Shown here one piece after another: positions 49,103-58,511 of a DNA stretch of 64,000 bases. The notes under the pieces were generated by a model. It did not search any database and was not told where the DNA came from. It saw nothing but the letters and a program-made list of their open reading frames with translations. Within the stretch, counting starts at the first letter, position 1. Every line of letters starts with the position of its first letter. Source of the stretch: Candidatus Atabeyarchaeum deiterrae (GTDB taxonomy: Archaea; Asgardarchaeota; Atabeyarchaeia; Atabeyarchaeales; Atabeyarchaeaceae); NCBI GenBank assembly GCA_037310415.1, contig CP147780.1, positions 480,001-544,000 on the forward strand, given 5' to 3'. Made by a program: the position numbers and the translations under genes.

Positions 49103-49704
49103 GATACTTTATTTTAGCAATTGAGGAATTCTCTGAAACAAGTATGCAGGAGATAGACAGAGGCCATCTGAGGCATGAAGTCGTCCAAGTCATCAACTGT
49201 GTGCGTTCTTCTCTCTTCACCTCCTTTGGAGTAAGAAAAGATGTGAACGTGATCCTCTGCCCTATCAATACAACTGGGAGACAGATTAGAATCGGCGGAG
49301 AGACACTCAGATACATGGGACCAGATGAGAGGTCGATATTGACGCTGCTACTCAAATCAGGTAGGATATCAACACCTGAGAAAAGGGGTCAAGTGGAGAT
49401 CTCTTCCCCGGGGATAACTGTGGAGAGAAACGATCTGCCGTCCCTTGCCGCAGAGTTGCATGATTCTTCCATATTCGTAGAGAGTCCTGAAGGGTCCGAC
49501 CTGGGAAAGATGGGGTTTGCCGAGAGAGTAGCGTACATCTGTCCACTAGGGATGAAAACCGATCTGAGAGAGATCATTGCACAATTTCAAGGGCGTACAA
49601 CAATGCTGTGTAACACAGCAGGTATTAACCAACCTGAGAAGATGATCTTGCTCATTAACGCTGCGATTGATAGAACGTTGAGTCGACATGAAATGGCCTC
49701 CTGA
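49099..49704 (+). CDS. TrmY-like SPOUT protein (divergent tRNA m1Psi54 methyltransferase)
   Basis: NC..SSLF.S...R.D, PDERS, SPGI.V; immediately upstream of pus10. Confidence 0.7.
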   Translation: MRYFILAIEEFSETSMQEIDRGHLRHEVVQVINCVRSSLFTSFGVRKDVNVILCPINTTGRQIRIGGETLRYMGPDERSILTLLLKSGRISTPEKRGQVEISSPGITVERNDLPSLAAELHDSSIFVESPEGSDLGKMGFAERVAYICPLGMKTDLREIIAQFQGRTTMLCNTAGINQPEKMILLINAAIDRTLSRHEMAS

Positions 49705-49739
49705 GAAAAAGAGGGCGAAAATCAAGGTGACTCCAAGAA

Positions 49740-51080
49740 ATGGAAATTACTGAAATAGCATCAAGGCTTCTGGAGAGATATCCCCTTTGTGACCACTGTC
49801 TTGGCAGGCAATTTGCATTACTGGGAGTCGACCTTGATAACGAGATAAGAGGGAGATCCCTCAAGAATGTTCTTGCTATGCGCTACCAATCGTTCATCGA
49901 AAGCAATAATGCCAGTGAAGAGATGATCAGAGACCTAAGAATCTTGGCGACGAACGGAAACTATAAACCTGCTTTGAAAATCCTGAAGAAAATTGGAGTA
50001 ATCGAGGAAGACTCTAGTAGGAAATGCTTCATATGTTCAAACGTCTTGGACAATCTGGATGAACTAGCCAAGAAAGCAGCAGAGTCACTGACCCGGTTTG
50101 AGTTCAAGACTTTTCTTGTTGGTTCTGTAGTCCCTCCCGAAGTCAGTGAACTTGAGGATGAAGTGAGGAGTGGCACCGGTTCTAACTGGTGCGAATCCCT
50201 AAAACGTGAGATAAACAGAGAGATTGGAAAGAGACTGAGAAAACTGGCGGAAAAAGAACCCGATTTTGACTCACCAGATTTGACTTTGTCAATAGATCCG
50301 TTTAAACAGGAGATCGCTGTAAAACCAAATCCATTGTTTATCAGCGGACGCTACAAGAAACTTGTCAGAGGGATTCCACAAGCAACCTGGTTGTGCAGAA
50401 AGTGTAGAGGAACTGGATGTGCAGACTGTAATTGGACAGGAAGGACATATCAGTACTCTGTCCAAGAATTCATCTCAAAGCCATTTCTTGAAGAGACAGG
50501 GGGACTTGACTGCAAATTCCATGGGGCGGGTAGAGAGGATGTCGACGCACGAATGCTGGGTAGCGGACGCCCATTCATAATAGAGGTAAAAGAACCGAAG
50601 AAACGGTTTATCGACTTACCCATGATATGCGATAGAATAATGAAGTACTCAGATGGACGAGTAGTAGTGTCCGGTCTCAAGACATCTTCACGTGAGGATC
50701 TGAGAAGAATAAAGTCAATGGCAACGGCAACCGAGAAAACCTACGAAGCAATCATAAGCATAGAAAGAGAGGTGGGTGATGGGGATGTCAAGAAGCTGCT
50801 CGCCAAGTTATCCGGCGCGACTATAAGCCAAAGAACTCCTCTGAGAGTTCTGCACAGGAGAGCCGACAGGATTAGATTCAAGAAGGTTCACGATCTGCAG
50901 ATTAACCTGACCGCACCACGCGAGATGGTAGCAACAATCAGGTGCCAGGGAGGGTTGTATGTCAAAGAACTCGTCACTGGCGACAGTGGCAGAACGATGC
51001 CCAGCTTTTCGGAAGTCTTGCAAGCGAGGGCCGAATGTAGTGAACTTGATGTCATTGATGTAGCTGATCAATTTATATAG
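49740..51080 (+). CDS. pus10: tRNA pseudouridine(54/55) synthase Pus10
   Basis: LCDHCLGRQF, GRY.K..RGIPQ, GREDVDARMLG.GRPF, QRTP.RV..RR, GLYVKEL. Confidence 0.97.
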   Translation: MEITEIASRLLERYPLCDHCLGRQFALLGVDLDNEIRGRSLKNVLAMRYQSFIESNNASEEMIRDLRILATNGNYKPALKILKKIGVIEEDSSRKCFICSNVLDNLDELAKKAAESLTRFEFKTFLVGSVVPPEVSELEDEVRSGTGSNWCESLKREINREIGKRLRKLAEKEPDFDSPDLTLSIDPFKQEIAVKPNPLFISGRYKKLVRGIPQATWLCRKCRGTGCADCNWTGRTYQYSVQEFISKPFLEETGGLDCKFHGAGREDVDARMLGSGRPFIIEVKEPKKRFIDLPMICDRIMKYSDGRVVVSGLKTSSREDLRRIKSMATATEKTYEAIISIEREVGDGDVKKLLAKLSGATISQRTPLRVLHRRADRIRFKKVHDLQINLTAPREMVATIRCQGGLYVKELVTGDSGRTMPSFSEVLQARAECSELDVIDVADQFI

Positions 51081-51198
51081 TTCAGCAACTTATTTATGCC
51101 CCGAATGGAAGTAGACTACCAAAAGCCAACATTGAGTCATTTATCCATTCGACACTTCAGTAGACTACATCGAAAACAGAACATGGGATAGTGTACTT

Positions 51199-51489
51199 AT
51201 GAGAGGCACAAAGGGTTACAAGGGCGGAACGAGGAAGCTGTTCCGAAAGAGCACCCGACAAAAGGGTATGACTCCTTTAGGAAGACTACTACGTCGGTAT
51301 GCGCCGGGAGAAGAAGTCGTGATCATGATAAATTCAGCCATTGCAAAGGGACAACCTCACAGAAGATACCAAGGAAAAGTTGGAAAAATCATTGAGAAAA
51401 GAGGACGGGCATACGTCGTCGCTGTGAACAACGGCAATGCGAGGAAACAACTTATTGTAAGGCCAGAGCATTTGGTCCCCCACAAATAG
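51199..51489 (+). CDS. rpl21e: 50S ribosomal protein L21e
   Basis: KGQPHRRYQGKVG, RGRAY, VRPEHL. Confidence 0.97.
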   Translation: MRGTKGYKGGTRKLFRKSTRQKGMTPLGRLLRRYAPGEEVVIMINSAIAKGQPHRRYQGKVGKIIEKRGRAYVVAVNNGNARKQLIVRPEHLVPHK

Positions 51490-51500
51490 GAGTTGGTTTC

Positions 51501-51842
51501 TTGCCGAAAGAAGTGCTTGAAGAGAAATCTGTAACTCTGGCAGAAGTCCAGGAGATCTTAAAGGAGAATGAAAAGAAAGGTGAGCTGAGCTACGTCCAGA
51601 GAGTCACTCTGGACTACTCGTCGAAGTTCTCTCAACTGCCACTTGAGATCGCCCAGAAGCTGGTGGACGAACTGCAAAAGGAGTTTAAGCTGGACCTTGA
51701 CACAGTGATTCAGATCGCAAACTGTATGCCCAAATCACCAAGTGAACTAAGAACTGTAATGGGTCCAGCAAGTGAGAGTTTGTCAAACCAAGATAGACTG
51801 AACGATATCGTAGAAATCATCAAGAAAGTTGCTATACGTTAA
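51501..51842 (+). CDS. rpo4: RNA polymerase subunit Rpo4 (F)
   Basis: ELSYVQR.TLDY..KFS, IANCMP...ELR; conserved L21e-Rpo4-DUF655-ksgA order. Confidence 0.92.
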   Translation: MPKEVLEEKSVTLAEVQEILKENEKKGELSYVQRVTLDYSSKFSQLPLEIAQKLVDELQKEFKLDLDTVIQIANCMPKSPSELRTVMGPASESLSNQDRLNDIVEIIKKVAIR

Positions 51843-51871
51843 TAACGAAAACTCCTGAGAGGACGAGGGGG

Positions 51872-52459
51872 ATGAAAGCACAGTTCCCTACTAGAAGGTA
51901 TGAACAAGTTGCCTACGTTCTCGACTATCTGCCTCAAGGTCGACCTGCAGACAGAAGAATGACATACCAGAGAGAACAACTTGTGCAAGCTGTCGGTGAG
52001 TCTTTTTTCACTCTGCTTGAGTTAATACCGAGGAGGAACGTGCAGTTCTCGCCAAGAGAAAGGCTGGTCATAGGAAAGGATGGGGGTCAAAAAATAGACC
52101 ATGTTAAAGGACGTATTCAATATGAAGATCTGACTGCTGTAGCCCGAAATGAATTGGTTGTTGTCATAGAGAGTGTAATAAACTCTGACGAAGATAGGTT
52201 CACAAAGTTCTTCAACAATGCGGGCCCTATTACTACTAGGCTGCATCAATTGCAGCTTCTCCCTGGCGTTGGAAAAAAGACCATGTGGGAGATACTGGAG
52301 GAGAGAAAGAAGAAACCTTTTTCGAGTCTGGCGGACCTAGTCGAACGAGTCCGGATACAGGACCCGAAGAAGATAATCATAAAGAGGATAATGACAGAGC
52401 TTCAGACCGAGGACAAGTATCAGGTTTTCACTTGGAAGTATAAGACCCTTCAGCAGTGA
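51872..52459 (+). CDS. DUF655 family protein (HhH)
   Basis: VLDYLP.G, FTLLE, FFN...PITTRLH.L.LLPG.GKK. Confidence 0.93.
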   Translation: MKAQFPTRRYEQVAYVLDYLPQGRPADRRMTYQREQLVQAVGESFFTLLELIPRRNVQFSPRERLVIGKDGGQKIDHVKGRIQYEDLTAVARNELVVVIESVINSDEDRFTKFFNNAGPITTRLHQLQLLPGVGKKTMWEILEERKKKPFSSLADLVERVRIQDPKKIIIKRIMTELQTEDKYQVFTWKYKTLQQ

Positions 52460-52492
52460 TCTTTCACTGAAACGTTTTTTGATGGGAAGACA

Positions 52493-53356
52493 ATGCAGGC
52501 AAATGTATTTCACGTTCGTGAAATCCTGAGGTCTTATTCAATAAGACCTACAAAGAGAAAGGGACAGCATTTCATAGTGAATCCAGAGATCGCGAAGAAA
52601 CAGATCACGTACGCGGGTCTCAGTCCCAAGGATCTCGTCTTCGAAATAGGGGCGGGCTTAGGAGGCCTAACGGAGACAATCGCGAATAGAGGCAATAGTG
52701 TAATTGCTATTGAGATAGATGAGAGACTCATCAGATTGCTCAAAGCTAGATTCGAGGGACAAAGCAATATATCTGTGATAAGGGCTGATGTTCTCTCCTT
52801 TAATCCCAGACAAGTCGACAAAATAATCTCTAACATTCCATACAGCATATCTTCCCAAATCACTTTCAAGGTTCTTGAACTGCAGTTCGCCACTGCTATT
52901 CTGACTTATCAGATAGATTTCGCTAAAAGGATGGTCGCTCAGCCTGGATCCCGGGACTACAGTCGACTTAGCGTCAATGTATACTATCGAGCCGAGGCAG
53001 AGATACTTGACAGAATACCTAGGGATGCCTTTCATCCCGTCCCATCGGTCGACTCAGCGTTCATTAGACTGAAACGAAGAAAACCCCCATTCTTTGTTAT
53101 CGACGAAGAGTTTTTCTTTGAGCTACTACGCGCATTCTTCCCGTACAGAAACCAGTTCCTTAGAAAGGTTCTGAAACGGTTTCTTCGTGTCAAAGGATTA
53201 GAGAACCTCAACGTTTTGGAGATAATCAGGAACGCAGAGGTTGATGATGTAAGAATAAGGGATATCTGTCCAGAGTCTTTTGCCAAACTAGCAAATGAAA
53301 TCCGCCATACACTTAATCACCCTTATCAAGGAGCTCAGAGCCATCAGTTCCACTGA
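52493..53356 (+). CDS. rsmA: 16S rRNA dimethyladenosine transferase KsgA/RsmA
   Basis: GQHF, EIGAGLGGLT, SNIPYSISS, F.P.PSVDS. Confidence 0.95.
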   Translation: MQANVFHVREILRSYSIRPTKRKGQHFIVNPEIAKKQITYAGLSPKDLVFEIGAGLGGLTETIANRGNSVIAIEIDERLIRLLKARFEGQSNISVIRADVLSFNPRQVDKIISNIPYSISSQITFKVLELQFATAILTYQIDFAKRMVAQPGSRDYSRLSVNVYYRAEAEILDRIPRDAFHPVPSVDSAFIRLKRRKPPFFVIDEEFFFELLRAFFPYRNQFLRKVLKRFLRVKGLENLNVLEIIRNAEVDDVRIRDICPESFAKLANEIRHTLNHPYQGAQSHQFH

Positions 53357-53981
53357 ATCCTATTGATAATGCAAGAATCTGTTCGAAGAAAAGACGCTTC
53401 TTTGCTATTATTCTCACATCCATGCCAAATCTTTTGAGCTTCTTGATCGTGGTCTTCACTCCGTAAGATGGATGCAACAGGAAAGCCATTCCACCATGCC
53501 TTAAATGCCTTGGTAACTCATCAACAAAAAGGTCTATCACCGCTCTGCCCGTTGGTCCTCCTGCCCAAGCTTTCTCAAGCCATCCACGTTGATACTCAGA
53601 CGATTTTGTTTGCAGGTAGGGAGGGTTAAACAAGATCACGTCAAAAAGCACATCTTCGCGAAAAGGCTTGAATAGGTCACCTCCCAATTCAGCGATCTGG
53701 CCTGCTGAGCCATTCAATTCGCTGTTTCTGGATGTACATCGCAATGCAAACAAGTTGATATCTACCGCAATGACTCTGCGCGCACCAAGCAGAGCAGCTT
53801 TAATCGCAAGTATGCCTGTTCCAGTTCCAATATCCAAAACATAACTTCCTTCATTTATGCAGAGATTGTCCTCAAGAAGAAATGAATCATCACTAGGAGA
53901 GTAGACTTCGCCGTCTACTAGTATCTCTGGTTCGAGATCCGATCTTCTCTTCAATGTTAACCCCTGTAGCCTCAAATGCAC
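53313..53981 (-). CDS. HemK2/Mtq2-family methyltransferase
   Basis: VYSPSDDSFLL, DIGTGTG, FNPPY, AGGPTGR. Confidence 0.92.
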   Translation of the reverse strand: MHLRLQGLTLKRRSDLEPEILVDGEVYSPSDDSFLLEDNLCINEGSYVLDIGTGTGILAIKAALLGARRVIAVDINLFALRCTSRNSELNGSAGQIAELGGDLFKPFREDVLFDVILFNPPYLQTKSSEYQRGWLEKAWAGGPTGRAVIDLFVDELPRHLRHGGMAFLLHPSYGVKTTIKKLKRFGMDVRIIAKKRLFFEQILALSIGFSGTDGSELLDKGD

Positions 53982-54619
53982 ACATATGTTGATGGTCTCA
54001 CCTCAAGAGCCGCACCCCGCGCTACCAAGACCATTGCATTCTCTGTTGGCAAGACGACAATGTCTTCTGGCTGAAAAGGGCCGTATTCATCCAAATCTGC
54101 TCCGACCAGTTTAGGTATGGACTGAAGTATACGCACCAACATGAGGTTTGAAGGACTTCGCCCACTAGCTTTAGAATCCATAAGGGGGGTTCTGTATTCA
54201 GGGTTGCCAAAACTGTTCGACGCGTGAACGTATCGACCAGTGTGTGCCTTGATGTCTTTCTGTAGAGTATCGACCAACGCAACCTCGTTGTCTGAAAGTG
54301 TACGAGTGATGGCTTCTTGGTTGTCTTCCAGAGAAAGCAATACGATTTTTCTTATCCTCATCTTTAGCAAGTTTTTGAACATATACTCAGCATATTCCAC
54401 TTCTCGTTCGCTTTCAGATCTCGCAATAGATTCACTGTTCTTTTTTGGCAGTGAAGCTTTCAGACCTGACAAGTACTCTGAGGCTCTCTGAAGAAAATCG
54501 CTGGAAAGAGGCTGGATGCCCTCCGAATCCTTTTCCCGTTTCCAAGCGCCAAAGATCTCGTCGTACAAGCCACTTTCGCCTTTCTTGTTTAGGAAGATAG
54601 GTTCCTCACCTACCTTCAC
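53972..54619 (-). CDS. GINS subunit Gins51 (Sld5/Psf1-like)
   Basis: W.REK, R..KI, C-terminal B domain LVGADL..YGPF.PEDIV.LP..NA; adjacent to PCNA. Confidence 0.88.
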   Translation of the reverse strand: MKVGEEPIFLNKKGESGLYDEIFGAWKREKDSEGIQPLSSDFLQRASEYLSGLKASLPKKNSESIARSESEREVEYAEYMFKNLLKMRIRKIVLLSLEDNQEAITRTLSDNEVALVDTLQKDIKAHTGRYVHASNSFGNPEYRTPLMDSKASGRSPSNLMLVRILQSIPKLVGADLDEYGPFQPEDIVVLPTENAMVLVARGAALEVRPSTYVCI

Positions 54620-54628
54620 CTATTGTTT

Positions 54629-55396
54629 CTATTCAGCCTCTCGCCTTGGAGCCAGGAAATATGTTATTCTTCCACCATTCGAGATGTTGAAGTCTATTCT
54701 GAGTGGCATGTTTGTTGAAAACTGAAGTATTATTGTCTCTGAGATTGAACTTGCCTTCATCATGTCGCTTAGATAATTGAGCGCATAAATCGCAGTTGAA
54801 TCCTCTTTGACTTCGAGGTCGAGTAAAGCTTCACTACCTTTTCTGAATTCTACTAATGCATCGTTTGTGTCGCCAGAGGCTTGCATCGTTAAATTGTCCG
54901 GTTTTGCTATTACCTTAACTTGGTCGCTCACTACCTCGGCATCCTTAATTGCTTCGGCGATAGCTTCTGTGGTGAGCTTTGCATTGACATTGAACTCCAC
55001 TTTTGGCGTGGGCGGTTCCTCCGTTCCGAGATCCAACAACGACAAGCTGAAGGTTCTGATTGATTTTCCTCGGAATCTAGCTATCATCTTGTTACTCTTT
55101 TCATCATGGACTAATTCAAGTGAGTCACCCGAGCCTGCCCTTCTCATTATTTTACCCATTTCCTCAAGATTTATCCCCATCCGAGTCTCCGCGCTACATT
55201 GATACTCTTCGAAGGCCTCTTTGGACAACTCAAAATCAACCATAGCTACACGAATGGGGTCCATTGCCCTCAGTCTCAGAGAAGATGGAGTGACGACGAA
55301 ATTCGCTTGATCGACTAGGGTTGAAAGTGATTCGACAACAGAACGCCACAACCTCGCGTCGGAGAGCACTGCTTTGAACAAATACCATTCCTCCAT
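54629..55396 (-). CDS. pcn: DNA polymerase sliding clamp PCNA
   Basis: LRAMDP.RVAMVD, YALNYL, PLRI.F, YFLAPR. Confidence 0.97.
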   Translation of the reverse strand: MEEWYLFKAVLSDARLWRSVVESLSTLVDQANFVVTPSSLRLRAMDPIRVAMVDFELSKEAFEEYQCSAETRMGINLEEMGKIMRRAGSGDSLELVHDEKSNKMIARFRGKSIRTFSLSLLDLGTEEPPTPKVEFNVNAKLTTEAIAEAIKDAEVVSDQVKVIAKPDNLTMQASGDTNDALVEFRKGSEALLDLEVKEDSTAIYALNYLSDMMKASSISETIILQFSTNMPLRIDFNISNGGRITYFLAPRREAE

Positions 55397-55451
55397 TCAA
55401 AATCGCTAAGTGACCATCTATTTCCAGAGATACAGTATTCTGTGGAAACAC

Positions 55452-55787
55452 TCATATTAATTCTCCCCCACTCCTCCCTTGTATAACTAAGCGTGATTTG
55501 ATCTCTTGAAGCTCGTTGTAGAGGTCATAGTCAATTCGACTCATGTCTCGAACAATTACTGGATTGATCTCGGGAAGCTCGTCTTCCTTTCTCGATACGG
55601 AACCTATTATGCGGATCCTGTCGCCTTCATGAAATCCACAAGCAGCATTCACCTTCGCTTCGCCGCTTCCGTCGCCAATAATGAACGGGTTTGTTCTTAT
55701 AACGACGGCATCAATTCTCACGAGTTGATCCCCATCTGCGATTTCCCCGATTTTCTTCTCGACCGCCGAGCGATAGAACTTGAACAA
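55452..55787 (-). CDS. Small OB-fold protein, RPA14-like
   Basis: R.A...KIGEI, DGSG, RIIG, PVIVRDMS.ID..LY C-terminal helix. Confidence 0.7.
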   Translation of the reverse strand: MFKFYRSAVEKKIGEIADGDQLVRIDAVVIRTNPFIIGDGSGEAKVNAACGFHEGDRIRIIGSVSRKEDELPEINPVIVRDMSRIDYDLYNELQEIKSRLVIQGRSGGELI

Positions 55788-55831
55788 CTAATGGAGGCCC
55801 CCACCTTGACTTTTCAAGCCAGTCGTTCGGG

Positions 55832-56182
55832 CTAGTACTCTCTCCATGTATGATTACATTTCAGGCATCTGAAAAAGATCGTCGCACCCTCATCCGCAGC
55901 CCGAGTCTGAACCTGCCAATAAGCAGCAAGATTGTTATGGCATTTTGGGCAGTCCACTTTTGCTGTAGGCATTGTGTTGGCTTCCCTGTTGTCACCCTCG
56001 AAAACAACAATCTTGTCTCTTGCCGTATGAGCTATTTTCTCTCGTAGAACGTATGAGCTTCCCACATCGCTGTCCTTTTCTGCGTGCCCACACTTGCGGC
56101 AAGTCAACAGACAATCCAAACCTTTCTTGGTAGGGATGAGCATTGCCCCGCATTTGGGGCAGAATTTAACCATGAAGCACAC
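55832..56182 (-). CDS. tfs: Transcription factor S (TFS)
   Basis: FCPKCG, CPKC, QTRAADE, FFRC.KC.HTWRE. Confidence 0.95.
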   Translation of the reverse strand: MCFMVKFCPKCGAMLIPTKKGLDCLLTCRKCGHAEKDSDVGSSYVLREKIAHTARDKIVVFEGDNREANTMPTAKVDCPKCHNNLAAYWQVQTRAADEGATIFFRCLKCNHTWREY

Positions 56183-56268
56183 CTTGTCGATCTATTGACC
56201 CGACGACCCCTTCGGACACTTCTTCATAACATGCAGGTTTTCCCAAACATCGCTGCCGATTTGTAGTT

Positions 56269-56733
56269 CTATGATCTCTGTTTGTCAGGGGGACTGATCA
56301 TAGCCTGTTGATCTATGTGTTCCATAATGTTGTTTAACAGTTTTTTAAAGCCTTTGATCGCCGACAGGTCGCCTTTCTTCCGGTCTTTGAGGTCTTCTTC
56401 ATTGAACTCTGACGCCACCACACTTGCTGCGTCTTCAATATCAATCATATTTCCGAGCCATGCCGATGCTATGAGCGACTCAGCTACATCCCCTAGATCA
56501 CCAGATCGCGCCCTTTTAGGCGCCATGTATCTCAATCCAGCTTCTGTAAGTGCTTGGGAAAGAATCTTGTCCGAGGCTCTTAGACCCTCCGGTCGTCTCA
56601 TTATGAGAGAGATTGCCAGCGAATAGACAAGATTCGTTATACTGTCTCCGAGTCTTGCCAGACCTTTGTCCTTCCCCAACGACTTGTGATTAATGGTCTT
56701 TGATAGAATATCTCTGTTCCTTGGGAGACTCAT
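56269..56733 (-). CDS. Archaeal minimal ribonuclease III-family protein
   Basis: DKGLARLGDS..NL.YSLA, GD.AE.L. Confidence 0.82.
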   Translation of the reverse strand: MSLPRNRDILSKTINHKSLGKDKGLARLGDSITNLVYSLAISLIMRRPEGLRASDKILSQALTEAGLRYMAPKRARSGDLGDVAESLIASAWLGNMIDIEDAASVVASEFNEEDLKDRKKGDLSAIKGFKKLLNNIMEHIDQQAMISPPDKQRS

Positions 56734-56754
56734 TTATGGCTCTTCCTCACCCAC

Positions 56755-57039
56755 TTATTTCTGGGTCTCAACCAGATTCGTAAACTTCTTGTTAAACTCC
56801 TCCGCAAGTGATGCCAGTTTTGCCGATGCTTCAATCAAAGTCGAAATCGCACTCTTGTCCTTTGTTCTTAAGGTCAGGCGAGGAACTGATCGCATTGGAT
56901 GCTCAATAGTATAACTGGCGAAAACGACTTTCTCATCATCAAATAACAAGTCGCGTAGCGCGTTAAGCAGGGTGTTTCCTTCCCCCTCAACCAGTATTTT
57001 CAGCTCAGAATCCGATAGACTGATCACAGACACCTTCAT
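56755..57039 (-). CDS. rpo11: RNA polymerase subunit Rpo11 (L)
   Basis: GEGNTLLNAL, FASYTIEHP. Confidence 0.93.
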   Translation of the reverse strand: MKVSVISLSDSELKILVEGEGNTLLNALRDLLFDDEKVVFASYTIEHPMRSVPRLTLRTKDKSAISTLIEASAKLASLAEEFNKKFTNLVETQK

Positions 57040-57053
57040 ACTCTTGACCTCAA

Positions 57054-57626
57054 CTAATAGAAGGGCTTGCCGTAGTTAAGTGATATCCTTCTTGTTTCGA
57101 CGTTATAGCAAGTTGGGCACGAAAGCTTTGCTCCAGTCCTCACAAGAGGCGTCCCGCACTGTGAGCACAAAGTATAAAGAACGCCTAACGTACTGCCAGC
57201 AGTTGATAGCTGGTAGGGAATATGATCTGCATTAATAACCTTTGCTCTAACAATGTCTCCTGGTTTGAATTCCGAGTCTAGATTCTCAGTATATTCATCA
57301 CTAACCTGAGATATGTGTATAAGTCCGGAAATGGTCGACGAGAGGCTTTGTTTCCTGATCCTTGCTATGCTAACCTCAGCAACCTGTTTATGCACAGCCA
57401 TGATTTTGCCTATCGCAATGTCCCCGTCCCTGGGAGGTATGGGTCTAGCGAGTTTACGATATACCTTGACTTTCTTCTCGCCTTTGTCAATCATGACAAT
57501 GCCCACTTGGGCCGAAAAGATTGTACCGCTTTCCTCGTAGGTGCCCTCAGAAGGGACAAACTCTTCGATGACACCGATTCTGTCCCCAGGTATTACAAGG
57601 CCCTCGGGAGGTGATTTGTCGCTCAT
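57054..57626 (-). CDS. csl4: Exosome complex RNA-binding protein Csl4
   Basis: V.PGD.IG..EE, S1 domain (GDIVRAKV), CxxC..CxxC..ETR. Confidence 0.93.
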   Translation of the reverse strand: MSDKSPPEGLVIPGDRIGVIEEFVPSEGTYEESGTIFSAQVGIVMIDKGEKKVKVYRKLARPIPPRDGDIAIGKIMAVHKQVAEVSIARIRKQSLSSTISGLIHISQVSDEYTENLDSEFKPGDIVRAKVINADHIPYQLSTAGSTLGVLYTLCSQCGTPLVRTGAKLSCPTCYNVETRRISLNYGKPFY

Positions 57627-57899
57627 ATGATCTCTTCCCTCGATGGGATTTAATACACGTTTGGATTAATGAAGGTTAACCAATAATGGGAAATTGCACC
57701 GAACTCTTAAAAGGCTACCTAGTGCGTTGCTTTGTGAGCATTATCAGAAACCGGTCAATGAGGCAAGTACCAGTAAACACGATCTGAGTTCATACCACTC
57801 TATCTTTGATTCACGCTCTCGTTTGTCGCAAGGCGAGGTGTGACGCGCGAGTGCATATCATTGCATCTATTGAACTAATAAATCTAATGGGGGATTTTT

Positions 57900-58511
57900 G
57901 TGAAGAGGAGGCAGTTGGAAATTCTTCTGTCATCGCTGAAGGTGAATCCAAGACCGAAACTAAGGTTCGAGGAGTATAACCTTGATCCGCAAAGTGCGTC
58001 TACAATGCTGTATATCGCCTTATCACAAGGTGATTTGCTGAGCAAAGAAGTCATCGACCTCGGTTGTGGAAATGGCATCTTGTCAATAGGTGCCGCAATT
58101 CTGGGCGCCAAACGGGTCGTTGGAGTCGACATCGACGTAGATTCGATAGGCGTGGCGAAAGAGAACGCGAAGAACTTGAATGTAAGGGTCGACTTCGCTT
58201 CCGGATCAATAGAGTGCGTGCGAGGAGCATTTGACACGACAATAATGAATCCGCCTTTCGGCAGTTGGAACAAGGGCTTGGATGTGAGGTTCCTTGAAAA
58301 GGCAATAGGAGTATCTGAAGTCGTGTATTCGATTCACAAGGCAAGCAACACAAGCCGCTCATTCCTATCGAGGAAGGTAGAAGGCTTTGGCAGAGAGACG
58401 AGGAGACTGGGACAAATCCAGATCACTCTACCACGACTTTATGAATTCCATCAGAAAGCGAAATATAAGGTTAGCGCGGATTTGTACCGAATCGTAGCGA
58501 AGAGCCCTTAA
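57900..58511 (+). CDS. METTL5-family RNA m6A methyltransferase
   Basis: LEI.LS, P....E.Y, DLGCGNG, MNPPFG, VYSIH, FH. Confidence 0.9.
   Translation: MKRRQLEILLSSLKVNPRPKLRFEEYNLDPQSASTMLYIALSQGDLLSKEVIDLGCGNGILSIGAAILGAKRVVGVDIDVDSIGVAKENAKNLNVRVDFASGSIECVRGAFDTTIMNPPFGSWNKGLDVRFLEKAIGVSEVVYSIHKASNTSRSFLSRKVEGFGRETRRLGQIQITLPRLYEFHQKAKYKVSADLYRIVAKSP

Noticed and set aside
57627-57899. C/D-box sRNA or SECIS in the csl4-METTL5 intergenic region
   Set aside because: Only a weak hairpin and a lone CTGA; no convincing box C/D pair, and no in-frame UGA selenoprotein candidate nearby.
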